A stretch of 64,000 nt of DNA from a plasmid, in the sequence record NZ_CP040186.1; one strand, 5' to 3'. The notes beneath the pieces are model-generated. The model did no database searches and had not been told where the DNA came from. It saw nothing but the letters and a program-made list of their open reading frames with translations. Of the stretch, positions 11,303 to 21,891 are shown piece after piece. Position 1 is the first letter of the stretch. The number at the start of each line of letters is the position of its first letter. The position numbers and the translations under genes were made by a program.

Positions 11303-11869
11303 TCAGGCAAAACAGCAAGCATGATGATGAAAACTGACGCTGATATTCTTACTATCCGAATGAACCAGCACCTGATTTTCGGGATTACGCCGCCATACAG
11401 CCATCAGCAGTGCGTTCAGGACAATGTCCTTTGTCATCCGGGATTGCATGGACCAGCCGATAATTTTGCGTGAGAACAGATCAACAACAACGGCAAGATA
11501 CAGCCAGCCTTCGTGGGTCCTGATGTAGGTTATGTCCGTTACCCAACGCTCATCAGGAGCATCCGGATTGAACTGTCGCTGGAGCCTGTTGGGTGACACG
11601 ATACTGGCCTCGCCTTTACGTGCCCGCGGGCTTCGGTATCCGACCTGAGCCTTTATTCCGACACGTTTCATCAGTCTCCAGACTCTGTTTACTCCGCACT
11701 GTTGCCCGCTGTCACGCAGATCCAGATGGATTTTGCGATAACCATAGACGCATCCCGATTCCAGCCAGAACTGTTTAATCTGTCCTGTCAGTCTCAGGTC
11801 TGCCTGATGGCGTTGTGAATGCGGCTGCTGAAGCCAGGCGTAAAAACCACTGGGATGAACATCCAGCAC
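11303..11869 (-). pseudogene. IS3-family OrfB lacking about 55 C-terminal residues and running into foreign sequence
   Basis: Identical to copy-3 OrfB up to ...QVLVHSD, then diverges (SKNISVSFHHH...). Confidence 0.8.
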
Positions 11870-12267
11870 CCGACAGAGCAGGCGAACAGGCCAGCAACAG
11901 GAGTTGTCACGGATAAAGGCGTACCTCAGTCGGACAGCTTTGCGAAGTACGCCGCGGCTTTTTTTAATATGTCCCGTTCGTCGGTAACCCGTTTCAGCTC
12001 TTTCTGGAGACGGCGGATCTCGGCCTGAGCATCTGACTGTTCTTTATTAGTGGAAGAATCCGGACCGTACTTCTTTATCCAGGCATAAAGGCTGTGGGTG
12101 GTGATATCGAGACGTGTTGCAACGCTGGCAACAGAATAACCGCGATCAACAACCTGTTTGACTGCTTCAGTTTTAAACTCTTCGGGATAACGCTTACCGC
12201 TCATGGGCACCTCTCTTTAAGCCATCTTAAATGACTCTGAGGTGTCTGTTAAACCCGTGGCGATTCA
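11354..12267 (-). mobile_element. IS3-family element copy 2, 5'-truncated within orfB. More than 99% identical to copy 3.
   Basis: Homology to copy 3 begins at about 11354 (ATCCGAATGAACC). Right terminus CCGTGGCGATTCA at 12255-12267. Confidence 0.8.
11926..12210 (-). CDS. IS3-family OrfA (HTH plus leucine zipper)
   Basis: The 94-aa protein is identical to OrfA of copy 3 (46932-47216). Confidence 0.85.
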   Translation of the reverse strand: MPMSGKRYPEEFKTEAVKQVVDRGYSVASVATRLDITTHSLYAWIKKYGPDSSTNKEQSDAQAEIRRLQKELKRVTDERDILKKAAAYFAKLSD

Positions 12268-12324
12268 ATTCTTGATGCAGTTGCCATCTACTATTTCAAA
12301 CTGAATGCCCCTGTCACCATCGTA

Positions 12325-12591
12325 GTGACTACGTTTCTGGTATTATTCGGTTTATCGTTTGCATACGTAGATACCACAAAGCGATCAGAACGGCACTTTG
12401 CCGAGCGGCGTAAAGCACAGGCGCAGGGCGCGACATTTTCGATGATGTGGGATGCCCTTGATTCGGATGCTAAACAGCTTTTTTACCAAAAAATTGATGT
12501 GGAAAGTGCATCCAGCGAGTTTAAGTCCAGATACCAGCAATTGCAGAACGAAATCAGTTACTGGGACAAGGAGATAGAGCGTCTACGTTAA
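12325..12591 (+). CDS. Hypothetical protein (88 aa)
   Basis: ORF only. N-terminal hydrophobic segment followed by a coiled-coil-like C-terminus. Confidence 0.25.
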   Translation: MTTFLVLFGLSFAYVDTTKRSERHFAERRKAQAQGATFSMMWDALDSDAKQLFYQKIDVESASSEFKSRYQQLQNEISYWDKEIERLR

Positions 12592-12602
12592 TCAGATTAA
12601 CA

Positions 12603-12890
12603 GTGACTGGGTGGGCCGCAAGGCACTACCCCCATTTTTTCCTTAATGTCGATAATGTCACACTCCATGCAGAGCAGAAAAAATCCCGTCTAATAATTCA
12701 ACGGCTCGTTTATCAACTCTTTGCCAAGGACTCCGAGTCGCTACATTACGTCCGAGAAATAAAGCTCTTGGTCATTAACGCATGTGCAGGCATAAACTCT
12801 GGGTTATATCGACTGGCGGAGTTGCTCGCCAATGGTTGCAGTCAGGAATTAGCAATGACTGCTTGTGGCACACAGCGGAGAAGCAAATGA
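12603..12890 (+). CDS. Hypothetical protein (95 aa)
   Basis: ORF only. Confidence 0.2.
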   Translation: MTGWAARHYPHFFLNVDNVTLHAEQKKSRLIIQRLVYQLFAKDSESLHYVREIKLLVINACAGINSGLYRLAELLANGCSQELAMTACGTQRRSK

Positions 12891-12946
12891 GATGGTTGTC
12901 CGCAGACTCCTGGAGTCGATTAAAAAATCAGAATACAGAAAACCAT

Positions 12947-13429
12947 TCAGACTTTTATCGGGAATAACAATGTCAGCGTGTTGACTATGGAAGGCTCAAA
13001 GCCAAAACGGGTGTAAAAACATTTAACTTCTTCATTCAGCGCATGCACGGCCAGTGCTCTCACCCCGACCTGAAAGGCAATGTTTTGCGTACGGTATATA
13101 GCATCCTTAAGAAGTGCGGCACCAAGCCCATTCCCGGACCAGGCCTGGTCGATGGCAAGCCGTCCCAGGACAATGACCGGAATGACTTCAGGCGCGTTGC
13201 GTCTATAGGCCCCAGGCACTGTGTTACGGTGGACGCTACCCGAAGATAAACAATAATAACCGATGACCCGGTTCGAGTTTTCTGCGCAGACGACATAGAC
13301 ACGGGAAATGCCGGTACTGTGGTTTCTGAGAGCCTTCTTCTTTAACCACTCATTAAGGGCAGGCTCCTGGCAGCAGAACTCAGCGATGTTATGTTCAGCC
13401 GTCAGGGATTCAGGCGCTCTCATTCCCAT
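12947..13429 (-). CDS. kacT: GNAT-family acetyltransferase toxin (TacT/KacT-like)
   Basis: The 160-aa GNAT fold protein overlaps the upstream DUF1778 antitoxin gene by 10 bp. Confidence 0.7.
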   Translation of the reverse strand: MGMRAPESLTAEHNIAEFCCQEPALNEWLKKKALRNHSTGISRVYVVCAENSNRVIGYYCLSSGSVHRNTVPGAYRRNAPEVIPVIVLGRLAIDQAWSGNGLGAALLKDAIYRTQNIAFQVGVRALAVHALNEEVKCFYTRFGFEPSIVNTLTLLFPIKV

Positions 13430-13698
13430 GGTGATTTGCGGTTCATCAGGTTATCGATTCTCGCCTGGCGCTCCGGCGTTATTGGGGCGTCAAGCTCTTC
13501 AATAAACGCCTCAAACTGATTGTCATTGAGGAGGAACAGTCGTTGATCAAGTAGAATGTCCTGTGCTTCCCTGCAGGCAACCTCAAGCATAAAATCAGTC
13601 CGTGATTTTGAGACCAGGCTTGCGGCCATGTCGATCAGGTCACGCTGTGATGTTTTGGCCCGGATATTGATCGGAGCTTCACGAACGTCTGGTTTCAT
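13420..13698 (-). CDS. kacA: DUF1778/RHH antitoxin (TacA/KacA-like)
   Basis: The 92-aa protein sits upstream of, and overlapping, the GNAT toxin gene. This is the typical TacAT/KacAT operon organisation. Confidence 0.65.
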   Translation of the reverse strand: MKPDVREAPINIRAKTSQRDLIDMAASLVSKSRTDFMLEVACREAQDILLDQRLFLLNDNQFEAFIEELDAPITPERQARIDNLMNRKSPWE

Positions 13699-14112
13699 AG
13701 ATACCTCATGTTTAGCAGATTTATATACGATTATAGCCTTTGTATATAGAAACGCTATACAAATCTGTCATGCTTTCGTCGGTTAGAAACACAAGCCGCG
13801 TTGTATCATCATGCATCATTCAGGACTGATAAAGTTATATCCAACTGATAATGTCATCGAGCTGCTGGTTGTCAGTTGGCCGCAGTTTTAAAAACAGCTG
13901 CAGCGACGTAGTCCTGCATTTTCTCGGTTGAAGAGCCGACACCATCAACTGATCCCATTCCCTGCCTGCCATAATCTGTCAGCACTCTTCTGCCGCTGCC
14001 GGTAAAAACTGCTTTGCTTCGATACTCATAAACTTTCTCCATGATTCAGTCACACGTCAGGCCCATATGTAAAGTGGGGTCAGACGCTTGAGAACAAGCC
14101 GGTTATTCGCAT

Positions 14113-14481
14113 TCAGAGAGAGGGGATCTCTGAGTATTTATCCATAGTTCGTTTTTTATCGATACGTATCTGTCGCCACGCCTGAAAGTCCGGGCGTGTT
14201 TCCGCCATCCTGACGACTTCAACAGAGAAAACCTTATATTTGCCCTGCTGCAGGGGTACGCCAAGCCAGCGGCGTATGGCGGCATCTGTCCACAAACGGG
14301 AGTTATTAAGTCTGTAGACGGTGATCCATTTTTCTGACCATGCATCAAATTTCTGGCATCGCAGCTGATACCGTCGCTCTTCTTCCCGTCTTTTCCAGTC
14401 GCTGTCTACAGCAAACTTTCGGTGACCAACAAAAATCCCCTGGACTTTGCCCATGCCCGCTATCCACTGGAATGTCGTCAT
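14113..14481 (-). CDS. Hypothetical protein (122 aa)
   Basis: ORF with a plausible start. No recognised family. Confidence 0.3.
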   Translation of the reverse strand: MTTFQWIAGMGKVQGIFVGHRKFAVDSDWKRREEERRYQLRCQKFDAWSEKWITVYRLNNSRLWTDAAIRRWLGVPLQQGKYKVFSVEVVRMAETRPDFQAWRQIRIDKKRTMDKYSEIPSL

Positions 14482-14599
14482 TTCCCACGGTATCAGGGGT
14501 CCGCTTGGAAAACGGAATCTATGGTCACTCCCGTTTTTGCAACACCGATTTTGACGACAAGTTGGCTTGCTTGAATCTATCCGGCGTCTGAATGGGATT

Positions 14600-15950
14600 T
14601 TATTCCCGCGCCTTGATGAGTTCCGCGCCTGATGAACCTCCAGAAAATATACGGCTTCAATGAGCCTTTCCGTTTTACAGGTTCCTCAACAGGCCGGTGG
14701 GCCGTTAGTATCATCAATATCAGTATTCGCAAAACCAGATCAGTAATTCTTTAAACCGGTGTATTTCTGCCGTTATGCTACATAAGTTTGCTGTCGTGCC
14801 GTTAGGGCCCAGGCTATTCTGGCCAGCTTGTTTGCCAGAGCACAAGTGACGACAAAGTTGCTTTTCCGGCACAGTAAATCCCTGACCCAATCGGCCAATT
14901 TGCCAGACTGGTGTTCCAGTTTTTGTATGAATACCCTGGCACATTGAACCAACAAAGTTCGGATCTTTTTATTACCTCGCTTACTAATTCCCAGCAATGT
15001 CGTCCTACCTCCCGTGCTGTACTGCCGAGGTACAAGCCCTGTTGCCGCCGCAAAGTCACGGCTGCTGGCGTACTGCTTCCCCGTCGCCAATCTCAGTTGA
15101 AATAGTACTCGCTGTCAGTGTTCCGACGCAGGGAATGCTCAGCAAGCGCTGTCCAACCTCATCTTCGTCCAACTTTCGTTTCAACTGGGATTCCAAATCT
15201 TTAATCTGCTCAACAAGATAGTGATAATGCTGTTGTAATTTCAGCAATAACTGGCTGAGGTAAAGAGGCAAACTATTATCCTCAAGAATGGTACTCAGTC
15301 GGCTAATAACGGCAGCTCCTCGGGGAACGCTAATGCCAAATTCCAGCAGAAAAGCATGCATTTGATTGGTTGTTTTTACCTTATCCTGAACCAGGGATTC
15401 ACGGACACGATGCAGAGCCCGCATTGCCTGCTGAGATTCCGTTCTGGGCTGCACAAAACGCATAGACGGACGCGATGCAGCTTCACAAATAGCTTCGGCG
15501 TCGACAAAGTCGTTTTTATTGCTTTTAACGAACGGGCGGACAAATTGTGGTGATATCAGCTTTGGGGAATGCCCCAACTCTTCCAACTTGCGTGCCATAA
15601 AGTGAGAACCGCCACAGGCTTCCATTGCGATGGTTGTAGCGGGGCATGTCGCCAAAAATTCGATCAACTTTGGCCGGGTAAATTTTTTACGGTAAACAGC
15701 CTTCCCGCGACGATCCTGGCAATGAATATGGAAAGAGTTTTTACCCAGATCGATACCAATGAGCGCAATGTTTTCCATGATAGTTCTCCGAATGAAAGCC
15801 TGTCCTCAGCATAGTACCGGGAAGGAGGGAGTGACCATCTCATTAAAAATCCCACGCTAAGGTGATTTATTGTTCATTGTATGGTGCTGCCTTACTTATC
15901 AGTACCCTATCGTTAAACTTTTTCTTTTCACAACAAAGATGAAATTTTGC
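14600..15950 (-). mobile_element. IS110-family, IS1111-group element resembling IS4321/IS5075. Boundaries approximate.
   Basis: The transposase is nearly identical to the remembered IS5075/IS4321 Tnp (MENIALIGIDLGKNSFHIHCQD...). The element is about 1.3 kb, the size expected. Confidence 0.65.
14773..15778 (-). pseudogene. IS4321/IS5075-like transposase split by a frameshift (ORFs 15056-15778 and 14773-15090)
   Basis: The frame switches at ...TEIGDG|KQYASSRDF. The two ORFs together are colinear with the 340-aa IS5075 Tnp. Confidence 0.7.
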
Positions 15951-16085
15951 CCGTATTGCCCCGACTCTGTTGTTCCTGTTATCTACCAATGAAGAATTAA
16001 CACTAAACGAATTCGATATAACATATATGTTTTTGACTTCCTGGTTTAGAAGCGCGACACTATTCATTCAACGCAGGAGGTCACG

Positions 16086-16439
16086 ATGTCATCAATTTCA
16101 CCCCTACAACTCTTTAAAAGCCTGTCCGATGAAACCCGTCTGGGTATCGTCCTTCTCCTCAAAGAGATGGGTGAACTATGCGTATGCGATCTCTGCACGG
16201 CGCTGGAACAGTCGCAGCCTAAGATCTCCCGTCATCTGGCGATGCTACGTGAAAGCGGATTGTTGCTGGATCGCAAGAATGGGAAATGGGTTCACTACCG
16301 CTTATCTCCGCATATTCCTTCATGGGCTGCTCAGGTTATTGAGCAGGCCTGGTTAAGCCAACAGGACGACGTACAGGCTATCGCCCATAAGCTGGCATCA
16401 GCTAACTGCTCTGGTAGCGGCAAGGCTGTCTGCATCTAA
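16086..16439 (+). CDS. arsR: Arsenical resistance operon repressor ArsR
   Basis: ELCVCDLC metal-binding motif in an ArsR/SmtB HTH protein. First gene of the arsRDABC cluster. Confidence 0.9.
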   Translation: MSSISPLQLFKSLSDETRLGIVLLLKEMGELCVCDLCTALEQSQPKISRHLAMLRESGLLLDRKNGKWVHYRLSPHIPSWAAQVIEQAWLSQQDDVQAIAHKLASANCSGSGKAVCI

Positions 16440-16486
16440 AAAATTTGCCTGAACATATATGATTTTTCAAATGTGAGGTGTTCATG

Positions 16487-16849
16487 ATGAAAACGTTAAC
16501 GGTGTTTGACCCGGCTATGTGTTGCAGTACCGGCGTCTGCGGTACAGATATTGATCAGGTTCTGGTTGATTTTTCTGCGGATGTACAGTGGCTAAAACAG
16601 CGTGAAATTCAGGTTGATCGTTATAACCTGGCACAGCAACCCATGAGCTTTGTACAGAACGAAAAAGCCAAAGCATTCCTTGAGGCATCCGGGGCTGAAG
16701 GGCTTCCATTGTTGTTGCTGGATGGAGAAATGGTGATGGCGGGGCGTTATCCGAAACGCTCAGAGCTGGCCCGCTGGTTCGGAATACCGCTGGAGAAAGT
16801 AGGATTAGCATCTAAAAGCTGCTGCGGTGGTAATACTTCTTGTTGCTGA
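16487..16849 (+). CDS. arsD: Arsenic metallochaperone/regulator ArsD
   Basis: MKTLTVFDPAMCCSTGVCG and a C-terminal CCGGNTSCC. Colinear with R773 ArsD. Confidence 0.9.
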   Translation: MKTLTVFDPAMCCSTGVCGTDIDQVLVDFSADVQWLKQREIQVDRYNLAQQPMSFVQNEKAKAFLEASGAEGLPLLLLDGEMVMAGRYPKRSELARWFGIPLEKVGLASKSCCGGNTSCC

Positions 16850-16865
16850 AATGTCAGGAGGACAT

Positions 16866-18617
16866 ATGAAATTTTTACAGAATATCCCACCTTACCTGTT
16901 TTTTACCGGTAAAGGGGGCGTCGGTAAAACCTCTATTTCCTGTGCCACCGCTATCAGCCTGGCGGAACAAGGCAAGCGGGTTTTGCTTGTCAGCACCGAT
17001 CCGGCTTCAAACGTAGGCCAGGTGTTCAGCCAGACTATTGGCAATACCATTCTGCCGGTGGCCTCTGTACCGGGTCTTTCAGCGCTGGAAATTGATCCTC
17101 AGGCCGCCGCCCAGGAATATCGGGCCAGAATCGTTGATCCTATCAAAGGCATTCTGCCGGATGATGTCGTTAACAGTATTAACGAACAGCTCTCTGGTGC
17201 ATGTACCACCGAAATTGCAGCTTTTGATGAATTTACCGGTCTGTTGACTGACGCATCATTATTGACCCGCTTTGACCATATTATCTTTGATACCGCGCCA
17301 ACCGGTCACACTATTCGTCTTCTCCAGTTGCCCGGTGCGTGGAGTAGCTTCATTGAGAGCAATCCTGATGGTGCTTCCTGTCTTGGCCCGATGGCAGGGC
17401 TGGAGAAACAGCGTGAGCAGTATTCACACGCCGTCCAGGCATTGTCTGATCCGGATCGTACGAGGCTGGTTTTAGTGGCTCGACTGCAAAAATCAACGCT
17501 TCAGGAAGTCGCCCGTACTCATGATGAGCTTGCGGCGATAGGTCTCAAAAATCAGTATCTGGTCATCAACGGCGTGTTACCTGAGACAGAAGCAGTCAAC
17601 GATACCCTGGCGGCTGCAATATGGGGCCGGGAGCAGGAGGCGCTGGCAAGTCTTCCCGCTGGTCTGGACGCTCTCCCTACTGACACATTATTCCTTCAAC
17701 CAGTGAATATGGTCGGTGTGTCTGCTTTAAGGGGACTTCTCACCTCCCAACCTGAGACGGCTTCATTTGCTGAAGTGTCCGCCCTGCAAAAACCAGCGAT
17801 ATCGTCGTTGTCTGCTCTGGTTGATGAGATTGCCCTTAATGAACACGGCCTGATTATGCTGATGGGTAAAGGTGGCGTGGGTAAAACAACCATGGCTGCG
17901 GCCATTGCAGTCAGACTGGCCGAAATGGGATTTGATGTGCATCTCACGACGTCAGATCCTGCTGCACACCTGAGCACAACCCTCAATGGAAGCCTCAATA
18001 ACCTGCAGGTCAGCAGAATCGACCCTCATGATGAAACAGAACGTTATCGCCAGCATGTCCTTGAAACGAAAGGACGTGACCTGGATGAAGCGGGGAAACA
18101 TCTGCTGGAAGAGGATTTACGCTCTCCGTGTACCGAAGAGATTGCTGTGTTCCAGGCCTTCTCACGGGTGATCCGTGAAGCGGGTAAACGGTTTGTCGTC
18201 ATGGATACGGCACCGACAGGACATACATTGTTGCTGCTTGATGCTACCGGGGCATACCACCGGGAGATAGCAAAGAAAATGGGAGATAAAGGCCATTTCT
18301 CTACGCCAATGATGCAGCTTCAGGATCCGGAAAGAACAAAAGTATTACTGGTCACTCTGCCGGAAACGACCCCCGTTCTTGAGGCTGCAAATTTACAAGC
18401 CGATCTTGAACGTGCCGGGATTCATCCATGGGGCTGGATTATCAATAACAGTCTTTCCATCGCTGAAACCCGTTCACCGCTGCTTCGTCAGCGCGCGCAG
18501 CAGGAACTGCCTCAAATCGAGGCTGTAAAGAACCAGCATGCTACCCGTGTTGCACTGGTTCCTGTTCTTGCGGCAGAGCCAACCGGTATAGACAAACTCA
18601 AACAGCTCGCAGGTTAA
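16866..18617 (+). CDS. arsA: Arsenite-transporting ATPase ArsA
   Basis: Two P-loops (GKGGVGKTS twice). Colinear with R773 ArsA. Confidence 0.95.
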   Translation: MKFLQNIPPYLFFTGKGGVGKTSISCATAISLAEQGKRVLLVSTDPASNVGQVFSQTIGNTILPVASVPGLSALEIDPQAAAQEYRARIVDPIKGILPDDVVNSINEQLSGACTTEIAAFDEFTGLLTDASLLTRFDHIIFDTAPTGHTIRLLQLPGAWSSFIESNPDGASCLGPMAGLEKQREQYSHAVQALSDPDRTRLVLVARLQKSTLQEVARTHDELAAIGLKNQYLVINGVLPETEAVNDTLAAAIWGREQEALASLPAGLDALPTDTLFLQPVNMVGVSALRGLLTSQPETASFAEVSALQKPAISSLSALVDEIALNEHGLIMLMGKGGVGKTTMAAAIAVRLAEMGFDVHLTTSDPAAHLSTTLNGSLNNLQVSRIDPHDETERYRQHVLETKGRDLDEAGKHLLEEDLRSPCTEEIAVFQAFSRVIREAGKRFVVMDTAPTGHTLLLLDATGAYHREIAKKMGDKGHFSTPMMQLQDPERTKVLLVTLPETTPVLEAANLQADLERAGIHPWGWIINNSLSIAETRSPLLRQRAQQELPQIEAVKNQHATRVALVPVLAAEPTGIDKLKQLAG

Positions 18618-18663
18618 TTTTTACTATATACAGGGCAGTCATGCTGCCCTGTCAGGAGGTTTT

Positions 18664-19953
18664 ATGTTACTGGCAGGAGCAATTTTCATCCTGACCATCG
18701 TGTTGGTTATCTGGCAGCCGAAGGGGTTAGGGATTGGCTGGAGCGCCATATTTGGCGCAATACTGGCACTCATATCTGGGGTAGTACACATTACCGACAT
18801 TCTGGTGGTATGGAATATCGTCTGGAACGCCACAGCAACCTTTATTGCCGTGATTATCATCAGTTTGCTGCTGGATGAGTCTGGCTTTTTTGAATGGGCA
18901 GCATTGCATGTTTCCCGCTGGGGAAATGGCCGGGGTCGCCTGCTGTTTACTTATATCGTTCTGCTCGGTGCTGCGGTAGCAGCGCTATTTGCCAATGATG
19001 GTGCAGCTCTCATCCTGACGCCGATCGTGATTGCCATGTTGCTGGCTCTGGGATTCAGTAAAAGCACCACGCTGGCATTTGTAATGGCTGCAGGGTTTAT
19101 TGCCGATACCGCCAGCCTGCCGCTGATTGTGTCGAACCTGGTCAATATTGTTTCTGCTGACTTCTTCCATCTGGGCTTCACGGAATATGCTTCCGTGATG
19201 GTGCCTGTGGATATTGCCGCCATTATTGCCACGCTGGTGATGCTGCATCTGTTTTTCCGCAAAGATATCCCCCCGACCTATGATCTGAACCGACTGAAAG
19301 AACCTGCTCTTGCTATCAAAGATCCGGCGACGTTCAGAACGGGCTGGATTGTATTAATCCTTCTGCTGGCAGGTTTTTTTGTGCTTGAGCCGCTGGGTAT
19401 TCCTGTCAGCGCTATTGCAGCTGTGGGTGCTGCTATCCTCTTTGTCGTGGCTAAAAGAGGTCATGCCATTAACACCGGTAAAGTCCTGCGTGGTGCACCG
19501 TGGCAGATTGTGATTTTCTCACTGGGAATGTATCTGGTTGTGTATGGGTTGCGTAATGCCGGGCTGACAGAATACCTCTCTGACGTGTTGAATTTACTTG
19601 CAGACAAAGGGCTTTTGGCGGCCACATTTGGCACGGGATTCCTGACAGCATTCCTGTCATCCATCATGAACAACATGCCTACTGTATTGATTGGCGCATT
19701 GTCGATCGATGGCAGCACCGCATCGGGTGTCATCAAAGAAGCAATGATTTATGCCAATGTCATCGGTTGCGATCTGGGACCTAAAATTACGCCTATTGGT
19801 AGCCTGGCAACGCTACTCTGGCTGCATGTACTTTCACAGAAGAAGATGACAATCACCTGGGGATACTATTTTCGCACCGGGATTATCATGACTCTGCCTG
19901 TGCTGTTTGTAACGCTGGCCGCGCTGGCGCTACGTCTCTCTTTCACTTTGTAA
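18664..19953 (+). CDS. arsB: Arsenite efflux permease ArsB
   Basis: The 429-aa polytopic membrane protein follows arsA. Confidence 0.9.
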   Translation: MLLAGAIFILTIVLVIWQPKGLGIGWSAIFGAILALISGVVHITDILVVWNIVWNATATFIAVIIISLLLDESGFFEWAALHVSRWGNGRGRLLFTYIVLLGAAVAALFANDGAALILTPIVIAMLLALGFSKSTTLAFVMAAGFIADTASLPLIVSNLVNIVSADFFHLGFTEYASVMVPVDIAAIIATLVMLHLFFRKDIPPTYDLNRLKEPALAIKDPATFRTGWIVLILLLAGFFVLEPLGIPVSAIAAVGAAILFVVAKRGHAINTGKVLRGAPWQIVIFSLGMYLVVYGLRNAGLTEYLSDVLNLLADKGLLAATFGTGFLTAFLSSIMNNMPTVLIGALSIDGSTASGVIKEAMIYANVIGCDLGPKITPIGSLATLLWLHVLSQKKMTITWGYYFRTGIIMTLPVLFVTLAALALRLSFTL

Positions 19954-19965
19954 TGAGATACTGAT

Positions 19966-20391
19966 ATGAGCAACATTACCATTTATCACAACCCAGCCTG
20001 CGGCACCTCTCGCAACACGCTTGAGATGATCCGTAACAGCGGTACAGAGCCGACCGTTATTCATTATCTTGAGACACCACCATCACGCGATGAACTGGTT
20101 AAACTTATTGCGGATATGGGGATCACAGTACGAGCGCTGCTGCGTAAGAATGTCGAGCCTTTTGAAGCATTAGGGCTGGCGGAAGACCGCTTTACTGACG
20201 AGCAGTTAATCGACTTTATGTTACAGCATCCTATTCTGATTAACCGCCCGATTGTGGTGACGCCACTGGGGACCCGGCTGTGTCGTCCTTCAGAAGTGGT
20301 GCTGGATATTCTTCCGGATGCACAAAAACACGCGTTCACCAAAGAAGATGGTGAAAAAGTCGTTGATGATGCAGGTAAACGACTGAAATGA
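19966..20391 (+). CDS. arsC: Arsenate reductase (glutaredoxin-coupled) ArsC
   Basis: MSNITIYHNPACGTSRNTL catalytic Cys12 motif. Confidence 0.9.
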   Translation: MSNITIYHNPACGTSRNTLEMIRNSGTEPTVIHYLETPPSRDELVKLIADMGITVRALLRKNVEPFEALGLAEDRFTDEQLIDFMLQHPILINRPIVVTPLGTRLCRPSEVVLDILPDAQKHAFTKEDGEKVVDDAGKRLK

Positions 20392-20525
20392 ATCCTAAGG
20401 GGCATTTGCCCCTTTATATTTTACTTTGCCAGCCACCCTTGATGATGCTTTCCATAGCGACATTATTCTGGGTAATGCTGCCAACTTACTGATTTAGTGT
20501 ATGATGGTGATTTTAAGGTGCTTGC

Positions 20526-20801
20526 GTGGCTTCCATTTCCATCAGATGTCCTTCCTGCTCCGCTACTGAAGGCGTGGTGCGTAACGGCAAAAGCACTGCC
20601 GGACATCAGCGCTATCTCTGCTCTCATTGCCGTAAAACATGGCAACTACAGTTCACTTACACCGCCTCTCAGCCCGGTACGCACCAGAAAATCATTGATA
20701 TGGCCATGAATGGCGTCGGATGTCGCGCCAGTGCACGCATTATGGGCGTTGGCCTCAACACGGTTTTACGTCACTTAAAAAACTCAGGCCGCAGTCGGTA
20801 A
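20526..20801 (+). CDS. insA: IS1 InsA
   Basis: The 91-aa zinc-finger/HTH InsA ([28 protein letters not shown]). Confidence 0.9.
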   Translation: MASISIRCPSCSATEGVVRNGKSTAGHQRYLCSHCRKTWQLQFTYTASQPGTHQKIIDMAMNGVGCRASARIMGVGLNTVLRHLKNSGRSR

Positions 20802-21223
20802 CCTCGCGCATACAACCGGGCAGTGATGTGATTGTCTGCGCTGAAATGGACGAACAGTGGGGCTACGTCGGTGCTAAATCACGTCAGCGCTGGCTGTTTT
20901 ACGCGTATGACAGGATACGGAGGACGGTTGTGGCGCACGTCTTCGGTGAACGCACTCTGGCCACACTGGAGCGTCTTCTGAGCCTGCTGTCGGCCTTTGA
21001 GGTCGTGGTATGGATGACGGATGGCTGGCCGCTGTATGAATCCCGCCTGAAGGGAAAGCTGCACGTTATCAGCAAGCGTTACACTCAGCGCATTGAGCGA
21101 CATAACCTGAATCTGAGACAACATCTGGCAAGGCTGGGACGGAAGTCACTGTCGTTCTCAAAATCGGTGGAGCTGCATGACAAGGTCATAGGGCATTATC
21201 TGAACATAAAACACTATCAGTAA
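20720..21223 (+). CDS. insB: IS1 InsB (expressed as an InsAB' fusion by a -1 frameshift)
   Basis: The 167-aa ORF overlaps the insA end. Colinear with IS1 InsB. Confidence 0.9.
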   Translation: MSRQCTHYGRWPQHGFTSLKKLRPQSVTSRIQPGSDVIVCAEMDEQWGYVGAKSRQRWLFYAYDRIRRTVVAHVFGERTLATLERLLSLLSAFEVVVWMTDGWPLYESRLKGKLHVISKRYTQRIERHNLNLRQHLARLGRKSLSFSKSVELHDKVIGHYLNIKHYQ

Positions 21224-21891
21224 GTTGGAGTCATTACCGAAAACCGCGCCTTATATCCCCGCCCTGAAGGTCGGGGTTTTACGGCGCACTGGATAACAGG
21301 GGCCTCCTTGCCGTCCCCCAAAAACAAACGGTATGTTTATGCGCTGTGATGATTCCCCCAGATTCTTTTCATGGTCCAGTGGTGTCTACAAAGTCAATTA
21401 ATACGATAACGTGACGGACTTTCAATATGTTACCCACACGGTTATCCCCCGTTACTGTGGATAATCAATATATTGTGTCTCTGGCAGTTGCTTTTCCTAC
21501 CATATGTTGTCCCTCCCCGTTCTATTTTGTGATCGGACAGTGTGAAAAACGACATCACAGTGGAGACGCTGCTGACGGGATGATGTTCATCCAGGGTCGT
21601 AAGATCGGCCGGTACTGGTTACCCGCCGGACGAAGGGCCGGCCAACGCGCAGCGTCGGTAGCTGGCTTTAAAAATGCCGGCGGAAATTTAAAGATTAAGC
21701 TGCATACTCTGCGAAATTTTGCAAATTTCACTCAACATGCTTCGTTCAGATCCCAATAGAGCTTTCACCATCGCCTGTAATAGCCGCCCTGCTGCGTGAT
21801 TACTCCGCTCATCGGGTTGCTGGCGACAAGCCAATACCTGTTCGTGACAGGCATTGATTGAACCGTTATCCCTAACTAATAATGTGCCGAC

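Larger units (their letters stand above)
20471..21238 (+). mobile_element. IS1-family element (768 bp)
   Basis: GGTAATGCTGCCAACTTACTGAT left inverted repeat and ...GTTGGAGTCATTACC right inverted repeat. insA and insB in the standard frameshift arrangement. Confidence 0.9.

Noticed and set aside
13868-14041. Possible 57-codon minus-strand ORF (MEKVYEYRSKAVFTGSGRRVL...)
   Set aside because: It is below the size where I can separate a real small gene from chance. It has no recognisable family.
15854-15862. CACGCTAAG resembling the inner end of a Tn21 38-bp repeat, and TTTCCGTTTT at about 14667 resembling the other half
   Set aside because: Both strings probably lie inside or at the edge of the roughly 1.3-kb IS4321-like element. 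Their orientation is inconsistent with a split repeat, and 9-10-nt matches are expected by chance in 64 kb.
16515-16811. 98-aa minus-strand ORF inside arsD
   Set aside because: It is antisense to the well-supported arsD.
21427-21759. 110-aa ORF between IS1 and the sopC-like array
   Set aside because: It has no ribosome-binding site and odd composition, in a region that reads as intergenic or decayed sequence.
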